Shown here in pieces: positions 41,669 to 53,095 of a stretch of 64,000 nucleotides of DNA. The translations under genes and the position numbers were made by a program. Below the pieces are notes generated by a model, which did no database searches, was not told the origin of the DNA, and saw nothing but the letters and a program-made list of their open reading frames with translations. This DNA comes from Halocafeteria seosinensis (taxonomy: Eukaryota), in assembly GCA_001687465.1 (NCBI GenBank), contig LVLI01000156.1, forward strand, positions 124,001-188,000, in the 5' to 3' direction. The first letter of the stretch is position 1. Every line of letters begins with the position of its first letter.

Positions 41669-43156
41669 TCATGATATCTCTAACTCCTGAAAATGGCTAT
41701 CCGGATGAGACGGTGCATACTCATTATGGAGGGACTTCAAAGCGTCAATATACTTTGCATGAAGTTCGTCAACTTCTTCCTGCGATTACGTATGCATATC
41801 GTAATTGCAAGTTCCTGGATAAAACGTGTCAGCACCTACTTGCGAAGGGGACTCCTTCTTCTCCACCGGAATTGGTTCTCCATAAACGACAGTTAAATTA
41901 CAGTCATGCGGCATAAGTGTCCCGAGCTTGCCCCTGCATAAGAATGACATCAGTGTTCCGGTTCGAACTTGTAAGGCGCTCAAACGAACGTACCAGAATG
42001 CCAGCAGTGGCATCTTTAGATATTTGAGAAACCAGTCTTTTAGCCACTCTGGGAAGAAGTATCGACTGTAACATTTATGTTCACCCAGAACAAGAGATGG
42101 AACCTGAATGGTGACACCAAAGAGGAATATCTGTTGCCCCGTGGAAAGTGAATTCGTCCACTACGTTCGCACTTACAAGGTTCGCTCCATGAGTAAGTGC
42201 TAGTTTGACGAAGCCTTTACGTTCCTTGAGTACCAATTGCTCCTTTGGTGAGTTTGGTGAAGTCATAAAGATTTCACGTGTGCCGCCCTGCATGGGAAAT
42301 CGTTGCCGTGGAAATGACTGAGGAAGAAATGCTGAACGATACAATACGTACGGGGTATACCATGATACTGCGTCCAGACTGTAGGACACGATTAGCAGTC
42401 TTCTTTCCTGCATCTACCGCGCCCATCCACATCGAAAAATCTCGACATAACGGTACATAGAATATTGGCGTAGCAGCGAGACCTGGCTAGCGAGTCAATT
42501 GTATATCAGTGGTAAATCAAGAAAAGAAGCACGAAACATAAAACCTGAAAAAACTCACATCTCCACTCCATGCCTGGGAACAACTTTTCAAATATTCCTC
42601 CGTAGGATGCTATTCTACTAAGAATCAGAATCCCATGGGGGTGGATCGAAAACACGTGAGGTTTCTCCGGGTCCAATTTCGCTTTTCGTATCTGCGCGTA
42701 AGCAGAGAATGATCATTCCAAAAGCATGATTCATCCTAGCGCCAACCTTACCACTCTTAGATTTGCGTATCTGTGTACCCAATGCCAGTATCCCCCTCGT
42801 CGAAGCCAGTGCCATGGCTTCCCCAATTTGAATTCCGTTTGGTCAAAGAACTTCCAATAGTACAGTATCAGGATCGTAAGACACGTGGGAATTCCATATA
42901 TCTGAGGCAATGCCGAATACAGTCCATAGAGCAAAATAGCGCAAATAGCTCCCCAAAAGAGGTAATGCACCAGGACGAACGTGATCACGTTGGCTATCAC
43001 TTTTTCCCCGGTGGATTCCAGCGGAGGCGCCCTGTATTCGGCGTACTCCGGATTGGTCTTGGAGACGTAAAACCATGGGGTATCGTCTGGTTTTAAGTCA
43101 TGCTCCTTCTCGGCAGACATCGCGGTGTCTGACGTGGATTGTTGAGACGATGGCAT
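41669..43156 (-). CDS. DGAT2/MGAT-family acyltransferase (multi-exon)
   Basis: N-terminal hydrophobic segments, HVFSIHPHGIL (HPHG), GGTREIF...LVLKERKGFVKLALTHGANL, VVYGEPIPV and EEVDELHAKYIDAL. Confidence 0.88.
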
Positions 43157-43265
43157 TCCCTTTAGCCCTATGGTCCTGGTAGTATAATGGCACGACTTTT
43201 TGTTGAATGAAATGTCTGAAAATAATGTGGGAGATGGTGCCAAACCATCTAAATACAGTCACACA

Positions 43266-43682
43266 ATGAACACGGCCAAGGAAATCAAGGACTCCATCTC
43301 TTGCGTTGATTGCTTTAATGCTCTCTGCTACTGTATGGGTACGTGCCGTACGCACCCTCCGAGATACACGTAGAGTAAGATAGGCATGTATTTGATGTAC
43401 ACAGGCCCCAAACACCAATTTGATCAGTATTGGAGAGAAGGCCAATTTGACATGTGCCGGCGCCCCATGAGGGAAATGAAGTTTTGTTTGAAATTGAAGA
43501 TGGCCAGTCCCCAAGAGACCAAAGTACGTCGTGTGGTGTGGGCCAGAAGATAGAGGATTGATGAACGAACTGTATGTCTGTCGTTTGTCCAGAAATTGGC
43601 GAAACATCTACTCAAAGAGGACCCGTCGCCCACGGAAGGCGTCATTTGGGAACCTCGACACACGAACAAGAGCAAGCAATGA
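43266..43682 (+). CDS. Small twin-CX9C protein, EMI1/DUF3128-like (3 exons, ~93 aa), absent from the ORF track
   Basis: Spliced product MNTAKEIKDSISCVDCFNALCYCMGPKHQFDQYWREGQFDMCRRPMREMKFCLKLK...SPTEGVIWEPR. It has two exact CX9C motifs, a QF.QYWR.G segment and a C-terminal WE.R as in Emi1/DUF3128. Confidence 0.75.
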
Positions 43683-44143
43683 CACAAAGACACAGCATGC
43701 CGTGAATTACAGCGAAAGGAAAGTGAATGCATGCAGTGGGAAGGGGAGGAGAAAGCCCGAAGGATGAGTCATCAAGTCCACTCTCTTAGTCATAGAGGTG
43801 TGGAAACCTGTTTGATTGCAATGGTACATGTACAGGTTGTACAAAACTACTATGTTGAACTACCAAATGGTCATTCTACGTTCGCATGTATAGGAGGTCA
43901 TGCGAGGTAATGAGGACGTAATGTGCGAGATGGGATACGTGCCATTATACTCATAAGAAACACTTCGAGTCAGCACTCCGACTCCGTTCTACAACAACAT
44001 TGTCGGTGATACAGTCAGAACTAAGTCAAGCTAATACCATATAGCAGATACCTCCCGTCAGCATTCACAGTGGTAAATAATCAATGAATACGTGCATCGG
44101 CTACCACATCTATAGAGTACGTTATAGCCCCCAGGGGTGGCAA

Positions 44144-47100
44144 TCATAACCGAACAGGGACACCGGAACTAGAAACATAATAGCCTCCTGAGTTGTTCGA
44201 GCTTCCTCCCTCTTGGTGGGAAGACTTGGACTCCTCGTTTTCCCCTTTTGAAACATGAAGCAACGAGTTGAATACAGATATTGGGTCATCGTTTAGCCCT
44301 TGCTCGGAAGGAGTGTCCAGATGCGGAGGTTCAAAACCCGGAGGTGGTGGCGGGGACGTATTGATCGTAGTAGAAGCCGCCGTCGAGGAGGTTGCACAGG
44401 AGGAGGTCCCACTGGCTGCATATCCCGGGTTGCCGCTTAAGAGATCGTTCAGAATGGCATCCGCGGCATTCGAAGTAGTCTCTACTTCTTCCTCTTTTGC
44501 TTCTTTCTTCCGGTTTTTCCCTTTCTTCTTAGCGAAATTTTTCGATGCTTCGCCTCCGAAGCCTACAGGAACACTCGGTGGAGGGTGCTTCTGGATCTCG
44601 TGTTCTGCTGCATTCAGAACGCTAACATCGGTGTGGGCATTTTGGAGATTGCTGTTTCCTTCGGACTTTTCCGTTTGTTTCGACTCTCCACTCGCGCTCG
44701 TATCGCCGGTACTCTTCTCATAATCCTGGCCTCTGTTATGTTCTTCCTGTAGCATTGTTCGGATCATTGATGCAGCTGACTGAACAGAATCCTCAGAGCC
44801 GCGGATGAAGGCAGCACCGACATCTCGATCCACTGACACATTCGCGCCGGAGTCCCGTTGTATCTTCCTTATGGTTTCACCCCCTTTCCCGATGATAGTA
44901 GACACCAGATGACGAGGGACGTCTACGGTCTCTTCTTTCTCATCGTTACCACTGTAGATGCCGTTCTCCTTTAGTTTTGCCATGACTGCATCATAAGCGT
45001 TGTCAACAGCCTCCTCAGATGGGCCTAAGATCCGCAAATCGCTCTGCTCTTTACCTATCCCCATTGCACAGTCAGTTTCAGCTTCGAGCTGTCTCACTGT
45101 TTGCCCTTGAGGGCCAATAATTATCCTCGACGCGCCGTTTGGTAGGGACACTCGCTTTTCTACTTTTGCCACTTCTTCAATGCGAGACCTTACTCTACGT
45201 ACTGCTGCTTGGGTATCTTCTTGGCGATTACTGGCTATCTTCAGCAGAGGTGGATCTGCGCTACGATCGGCATAGATCTTGGCACTGCATTCAGCGGCGA
45301 TTGCGTCGATGCCACTCCCCTTGGAACCAATAACCCGATGGAGGGCCATGGCATCCACAGGGATTTCAGCATGCATCTCAGACCAGCGGGAGATTTCATT
45401 CTCCACAAGCTTCTGCGCATCGAAGACTGCTTGAGATGATGGTCCGGCTAAAACTATTTGAGAAACATCAAAGCTGACGAAGAGAATCGCACCGCTCCTT
45501 TCCTCAATCTTACTCAGTGGAAGAACCCCTGCCTCGGTCGCCGCTTGTGCCCCAGACTCTGCTTGAGCTATGCCCACTGGTTTTTTTTCCGAAGAGCCTG
45601 TAGATCTAGCTTTTTGTTCATGAAGCATCTCGTATAGAAGTCCAGTTGGGACTGAGACCGTTCGACATGAGTCTTCGAAGTAAAATTTTAGGATACTCTC
45701 CAACGCAGATTCAGTCTTAGAAATACATTTTGCATCCCCTGAAATCATCAATGACCCCACGGAAGCCGGTTTTCCATCTTCTTCGGTGAAGAGACAGGAG
45801 TTGGCTTCCACGTCCACTTGGTTCTCGCGTTTGATCTTCTCCAAATTGCGCGAGTCATTGTCAACTATTTGCTTTATTTGCCTTGAGAGCAAAGGCATTA
45901 CAAAAACCGCTGTGCCCTTGGAGATTTTGTCCAGACACTTCCGCACAACTTCGGCACCTTCGCTTGGACCGCGGACCGATACTTCGACACTGGAGCCGAC
46001 ACGCTTATTCCGGGGAGGAATATTGATGTCACAGCCGGTTGCTTGCTTCATCGAACGAAGAACTGCTCCGTATTTTCCATAAATCATGTCTAAACAGTTT
46101 ACTGGCAACTTAACCTCAAAAAACTTCTTGAACGCTTGCCGAAGGTCCTTACGAACGGCAGTTTTGGCGGAAGCAATATTCTCCAAGTCTCCCCGAATTA
46201 TTATAGAGTTCTTGCTCCGATTGACTGTAATTTTAACATCATGCGCCGTCTCCAGAGTTCGAAGATTGCTGCCACCTTTCCCAATAACACTCCCAAGTAC
46301 AGATGTATCGTCCCCTAGGTGCATCTCTTCGGAGTGCTTGTCTTCGCCTGACAGTTCTTTCACCTTAGCGACGGCCTCCGACATCTGGTCAGCACTGTCC
46401 CCGTGGATACGAACACAACCTTTCTTAGAATCGAAAGAAAACTGACACCCAGTATCTTCTGATAGTTGTTTAGCGGTAGCACCTCCTTTGCCAATTAAGC
46501 TTGGTATGATGGATGGATCCACAGATACAACCGTATTTTTGCTCTCGAAGTCCTGAATAAATTGCTCTACTTCGTCCTTCGCCTGAGACAGCTCATTGGA
46601 CGGGCCCCGTAGTACTATCTCCTTTTCCTTTCTGTCAATATCAATATGTAGATTAGCATACTTTTGGTTCATACTAGTAACATGTTTCCCCCCTTTCCCT
46701 ATAAATGAGGCAGCTAAATCTTCATTAGTGTAACCAACAGTTTCTTTTTGATTTTGCTCGACCACTGCCTGTAATTTAGCCTCTCCTTGGTTTACTTGTT
46801 CACTAGTCCCCACTACTGTAATTCGGTAAAATTGGTTGTCATCAAAGCGTCCCTTCTTGCCACCACCACTTTTGTTTTCGATATTAATTTGTGCTCCTGT
46901 GCTACTGCGAATTTCATTTACGACAGCACCATTTCTTGAAAGCAACGCAGACACTGTGTATCCCGAAACAGTAAGCTCTTTCTCAGTAAACGAGGAAATA
47001 ATTTCATCAACCTTTTCTGTAGCGGTAGAGACTTGACTCGATTCCCCATGTACTATCACGCCTACTTTGCCACCCACATCGCGCGGAGGGAACCGAATAT

Positions 47101-48915
47101 CTACACTGGCTCCAGTATTGTCTTTAATAGAGCCCTGAGAGGCTTTGATGCTATGGGCAACGGTAGGAGAAACTATTCGTCTAGCAAACTTGTCTTTGTA
47201 GTCCTCATAGAGAGAGCTAACGTGATCAATGGTTTCTTCTACTCGTCCACGTGTACCACGGATATCTAACGTCCTCGTGTACTCTTCTGGAGAATATACC
47301 GCACTCTTCCTCGCGCGGATATATATTTTGAAGTCACGCATTATCTCCTTGATCAATGCGCCTGAATTATCCAGTAGGTGCCCGACAAACACGTCATCAA
47401 CCTCCATGGTTTTCTCGATCTCCGTATTCTCGTCTATGAGCTGCTGAAGAAGTTCTCTTGCCTTGGTGACCTCCTCTTCAGAAACACCATAAATATGCAC
47501 GCTAGCCTTCACGGCCTCTCGATCCCTCTCCACATCCAAGTTGACTCTACACTGATCCTGAACACTGCGAAAGCCTTGTCCATTCTTACCAATTACTGAG
47601 GGAAGCATTCGTAGATCCATAGTTACAGACTGTTTCAACGCTTCCATTTTCTCCATTTCTTCTTTTACTCTGCCTAGATACGACGGTGGCCCAGATATGA
47701 CAACCTTGCAATTCTCCCGATCCAAATTGGCGAAGACGCCATGATTAAATTCAATCTCTTGTAGCAATGATGCTTTATCAGCAGACAAAAGCCCAAACAA
47801 CCCATGGGATACAGGTACGGTCATTTCTTCACTATTGCCAAGCTCTTCGATCATCTCCTTTGCCTTGTCCAATCCCCCTGAAATCGCGCTTACGGAGATT
47901 GTGGCAGTCTCTTCATCCTTCCTAGAAGAATCGATATTAATACAGACCCCTGTGGTGGATTCAATACGTTGTATTGTAGAGCCTCCTTTCCCAATAATTT
48001 TACCTAAACTGCCTCTCTTAACAACGAGCGATTCGGTAACAACGTCCTCCGGAGCAACGTTCAATTCAGGATTGAGCTCTTTCAACCGGTCCACAGTCCG
48101 CGAGTGCCGGACGGCCTCCTTCAACTCACCAATCGCTCGGTAATTTTCACTCAGTGCTTCCTGAATATGACCCCGCTCCATCTTGAGCTGCTCAATCTCG
48201 GTCGCCAAAGCGGTAAATTCGTCCAGTTTTTTCCGTTCGTTCTTCAGTTTCTCAATCTCTTTCAGGATCTGATGCATTCCAAGAAGCAGGACTCCATTAG
48301 GTTAAACTACAGACAGGAATGCTGTCTCAGTGAGTACACTTACCTCACGTTCATCTTTGTTTGTGAGCGTGGTAGTCTGATGCTGCTGTTCGAGCTCTGC
48401 AATCTTCCTATCTATCACATCTTCGTTAAGCATCTGTCGAGTGGGATACTTGGCTTTCTTGGCCTCAATCTTCTCGTTTATTCTCTCCCTTGATTGCTGC
48501 ATATTAAACCAGGAAGAAGACCATGGATGAATATTAATGACCAGAATCTCTATTAAATGGCTGTGACACCAAGGGCTCTAAGTATGTCCTCCTAGGGAAT
48601 CCAACGTGCTAAGCTTACCTGCAGTGCGTCTCGCTCCTCTTCTTTGGACTGCAAGCGCTGTTTTACGAGGGAGGTGAGTGAATTCTTCTGAGGCTCTGCT
48701 TGTCTTTGCGGCTGATTCTGCTGCATCATCGGGTTCTGCATGAAGAGACTGACGCTTTCCAGAGGGATACTCGGCTGCATGACATTCCCCGCTCCATTCT
48801 CATCCTCCGTGTGAGGGGACCGACGCTCCCGGCCGTTCATTCCTTCCAACACAGCGGCTGTAGAAGCCTCTTGAGACTGGTAGTTGCCCCTGATTCCTTC
48901 TTGGGAGGAAGCCAT
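44144..48915 (-). CDS. Vigilin/Scp160-like multi-KH RNA-binding protein with N-terminal coiled coil (3 exons)
   Basis: Nine canonical GxxG KH loops (e.g. IIGKGG, VIGKNG, FIGKGG, LIGKGG, VIGSKG, IIGPQG) plus about six degenerate repeats at regular spacing. Confidence 0.85.
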
Positions 48916-49475
48916 GATGCCCAGGTCTTTTGTTGTTTGTTTCTGCCGGGACCTCAGAGAGGTACCACAGATGTACTATAATGCAAAATATATGAGCGAA
49001 TATTTGGTGAATTACAATACAATAAGTCATAGAACACACGTAACTGGGGGCTGTGGAAAATGGTCGAACCCGTCCCGTCCGGTCCTGGACGGAGGTTAGT
49101 GATGAAACACGTCAGGGCAACGGACGTATTTCTAGGGAGTGAAACATTAAGTAGACCTGTTGTTATTGGGGCAATAGAACACTAAGTATTACAGAGCAGT
49201 TGAATAGCTACTCTACTGCTTCCGCGACTATTATCTGTTCGCTGCTTGCGGCAAAATGCAAGGGCTTCTTCCCAGAAGAAATCATCACGCACCTTCGGTG
49301 AAATTGTTGGCTTGCAAGCAGGAGGCTGCCTTCATACTCTTGTCCTGTTTGGATAACTTCTTTGCTGCTAGCGTTTCTACCACTTACCTCAGCACCGGTT
49401 GCAATTTCCAGCAAGTGCTGCAAGTAGGAGAAGCATCGACGAGCAAGAAATCACCCCATTACCCGAGGGCAGAAC

Positions 49476-50744
49476 CTATTTAGGTTTCTTTCGAGCCGGC
49501 TGTTTTCTACCAGAACTTGATTTCTTTTTCCCATCAGGAACTGATGCAGCGCTTGTAGACTGATCCCCGTTTTCACTGGTACTGCTTTTCGCCAACCGAG
49601 CACTTCTTCGTCTTCCTTCCACTACGATCAATCCAGAAGAATCGTCCTTTTCTTCCTTCAGGAGATGTGCAGGGCGTTTGGTACTCTCATTGCACTCAGC
49701 AGAGGGTTTCTCCTCGATCTCGTCCCGTTGGCGTTTTCGTCGTACACTCGGTGCAGCTTTCTTTGGTTTACTAATCTGTGCCACGGAGATGCTCGAGCCG
49801 TGTACAAGTATAGGAAACTCCCGAAATATGTAATCGGCATAATCGACGCTATCCGGGTATTTGTACTGTACTTGGTAAACCTTTCTGGACTCTGCTTGTT
49901 CGCTCTCTTGTGAATCCATCCTGTTGATTGGAAATACGTGTTGTACCTCGCCAGCCATTTCGGCATATGTCCGGCAAAGAGCTAGATGCACTGAAGCTGG
50001 CGTGTGGAAGAACACACTTCTATAGCTTCCGTTGTTGCCTGTATCATCCACAGCGTGATTAAGCTTTCGTTTAACACTACGGTATTCACTTTTGTCACTA
50101 AGCCACTGCTTTTTGCTGGTTACGCTGTAATTAGGCAAGCGCAAATCTTCCGCCTTTCTGAGAATATTCGTGGGAACTCTCGAAAGCTCTCCCTGGAAAT
50201 AGGAGATTGCCCAATTCGCAGGCTCTACGGTCTCGAATTGGACGAATGCGAACCCTTTCACCTTTCCTGTTTGAGTGTATCTCGGTAAGTCTACATAGTC
50301 GATGGAGCCGAAAATAGAGAATTGTTTCTGTAATACATCAACCGTCGCAGTTTCGGCGATGCGTTCCACATAGATCATCAACGGGGTAAATTTGGCGATA
50401 TCAAACGTGTGGGGAAGCGGCGCCCTTCTAACGATAACATCCTGCTCTTCGCACAGAGTGAGTTTATCCGATGCGTCGGCGGAGGCTCTAACATAGTCGA
50501 GATCGCCATGAATACGCTCCTCCACTTTTTTTTGAGCTGCCACCAACCTCACGGGAAGCGCCCCATGGTGTTCACGAATCAAATTCCGGATAAACTTGTT
50601 GCGCGCTAGGTGGGCATCAGAAAAGTAGGACTCGACAAGACTGATTATGTCCCGGGGAACGACAATCGTGCGTGGCTCTGAATGATCGATCCCGGGTTCA
50701 TTTGAAGCATCGTGTGGATTGGGGGAATGGCGGGAGTCTTCCAT
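49476..50744 (-). CDS. La-related protein, LARP7-like, intronless
   Basis: La motif LVESYFSDAHLARNKFI, RRM1 IYVERI...YVDLPRYTQTGKVKGFAFVQFE, a LARP7-like VTSKKQWLSDKSEY helix and a basic tail. Confidence 0.75.
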   Translation of the reverse strand: MEDSRHSPNPHDASNEPGIDHSEPRTIVVPRDIISLVESYFSDAHLARNKFIRNLIREHHGALPVRLVAAQKKVEERIHGDLDYVRASADASDKLTLCEEQDVIVRRAPLPHTFDIAKFTPLMIYVERIAETATVDVLQKQFSIFGSIDYVDLPRYTQTGKVKGFAFVQFETVEPANWAISYFQGELSRVPTNILRKAEDLRLPNYSVTSKKQWLSDKSEYRSVKRKLNHAVDDTGNNGSYRSVFFHTPASVHLALCRTYAEMAGEVQHVFPINRMDSQESEQAESRKVYQVQYKYPDSVDYADYIFREFPILVHGSSISVAQISKPKKAAPSVRRKRQRDEIEEKPSAECNESTKRPAHLLKEEKDDSSGLIVVEGRRRSARLAKSSTSENGDQSTSAASVPDGKKKSSSGRKQPARKKPK

Positions 50745-51343
50745 TTTCTGTACATTGCCTACTACCCACTTCACACCCGGTATAAACTACATTTTTTTGG
50801 CGAAAATAATTGGTCTGCACCAGTTGCGCGGCATCAAACCTATCCACTGTCTATCCACTAGCAAACATCAGTGATTCTCGCAGGTAGCATGTTTGATTGC
50901 TGCCTTAAGTATAAGGACTTAGGAATCTAAGTTAGGATCGAGCCAAAGGTTACATCATGGGCTAGGGTGGAAGCTGACCCCACTTCGACTCGTGCGCACG
51001 CGCTGTAGCGGTTGTAGACATCGTGAATCACTTTTTCAGTATACTTACGGACACACTTCTCTAAACTATCACCGAAATTGCCGCATTTCTTACCCACGAA
51101 GAAATCGGGTAATTTAGAAGAGGGGGTTCGATAAAATTTAATGGACCGAAATTCGACGGAACTATTGTCCCAGAAGACAGAGTTTTGGTATAGTGACAGT
51201 GGGTGATAACCTCTTTGGTAAATACCATCGCAAACACAAAACTGACAACACTTCCGTATATTGACAGGAAAAGGGCGATACAATGAGGTCCACGCCGTTT
51301 TGACTAATCATTGTCACCCGGAACTATGGTAAGAAAATTACAA

Positions 51344-52795
51344 TTACAGGTGTTCAAACACAGCTGCTGCGCCCATTCCCGTTCCTATACACATAGAGAC
51401 TATACCATAACGAGCACCGACTCGCGACATATGGTGCAGAAGAGTCGCCACCATTCTTGCTCCCGTACAACCTAGCGGGTGGCCCAACGCGATCGCCCCA
51501 CCCAAAGGATTCACTTTATCCTCAGGGATTCCAAGTGTGTCAATACAATACGTGGCCTGCAAGCATTTGCCTACTCTAACAATGAATTACCGCTGTTCAC
51601 GTTGCCCAACCACTGCTTACCTGGCTGGCAAAAGCTTCATTTAACTCTACAATATCCACATCACCCAGAGTGATACCGGCTTTAGCCACAGCCTCTGGGA
51701 TGGCGAAAGCCGGCCCTATCCCCATAAGATCAGGAGATACTCCCGTTACTGCAAAGCTTTTAATACTCCCTGAAAATAGGCCAGTAATAAGACGTTCAAG
51801 ATGTATTCATATCCTAATTTTATTCGAAATCCACATACCCATTACGTTTAACCCCAATTCCATCGCTAATTTTCTTGTCATAAGAATGGCCGCGGCGGCG
51901 CCATCCGAAACTTGCGAAGAGTTTCCTGCAGTCGTCGACCCCTCGGCAGAGAATGCGGGTTTTAACTTTGCTAGCTTTTCGGCACTTGTATCGTTGCGAA
52001 TTCCATCATCCAAATCTATCCACCGTTCTTCATTATCAAAACTGACTCGCACAGGAACAATTTCGTCAGTGAAAGCTCCTCGAGACTGTGCTGAGCTGGC
52101 ACGAGCATGGCTCCTGGCGGCAAAGGTATCCTGTTTGGATCGTGTAATTCCAAATTTCTCGGCAACGTTTTCCGAGGTGATTCCCATGGGAAGTATGCAA
52201 TCGGATGCATGTTTGTTTTCGCGAATGATGTCCCAATCCACCGTCGGTGTGTTAGACGGATCACTCATGCTGCCAAACACAGAAGAGGTAACATTGTGTA
52301 AAGTAAAAGTGATACCACAACCTGTATCATAGCATACCTATTCTGAGACATGCTTTCCACTCCGCATCCGATTCCGATGTCGTACGCTCCCATGCGGATA
52401 CCGCCTGCAATGTTCATGATAGCCTGCAGACCGGAAGCGCATTGTCTGTTGGTGGAGCTCAGTGGTATCGTATAGGGGAGACCCAAGCTGAGCTGGGCCA
52501 TACGGGCCATAATGGCGCCTCCTCCGGGCTGAAGTACGTTCCCTACGCAGATATCCCCTATCCTTTCCGGGGGAATCTCAGTTTCGTCGAGCACGCCTTG
52601 TAATACAGCGCGTAGCAGTACATCCGGCGTAGTATCCTTGAAGCCTCCACGTTTGGCCTTACATATGGAAGTCCTTCGAGCAGCTACAATCACTATATCA
52701 TCGTCTTTGGCCTGGGAATTCGACGATGAACTTCCCGTACCTCCTCCTCCCATCTGTCGCTGCAGGGTGTTCAATCTACGCTGCGACGACGACAT
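51344..52795 (-). CDS. ACAA1: Peroxisomal 3-ketoacyl-CoA thiolase
   Basis: PTS2-like [44 protein letters not shown] and CIGTGMG. Confidence 0.92.
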
Positions 52796-53095
52796 TTTAT
52801 GCTCTTAAGGTGGAAGGTCCCAGAGTGCAATAGTCACCGTGCATACGTCAATTCGAATCGAGAGAAGGGGTTTGTACAGTGCTGTGCAATACAAAACTGT
52901 ATGGACACTTCACAAAACAAGCTGTGAAGCGGAGGGCATTGCCAACGTCCCCAAGACTTGGAGGTCCAAGTTACCGGAACTATGGACTCGTTGGACACAA
53001 ACACATGCAGGTATATTTTTGAATAGTCAGAAAACAAAAAATTATCACTTTTCAACAAATAAATGCAGCAGGTGGGACACCCGGCCAGCGCTCAA

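Noticed and set aside
50927..51283. 118-aa ORF between the LARP7-like gene and ACAA1
   Set aside because: Non-ATG start and no motif; it lies in likely UTR/promoter sequence.
4060..52795. Lipid-metabolism gene cluster (DUF726, HADHB, DGAT2, ACAA1)
   Set aside because: The genes are spread over about 48 kb among unrelated housekeeping genes; there is no evidence of clustering beyond chance.
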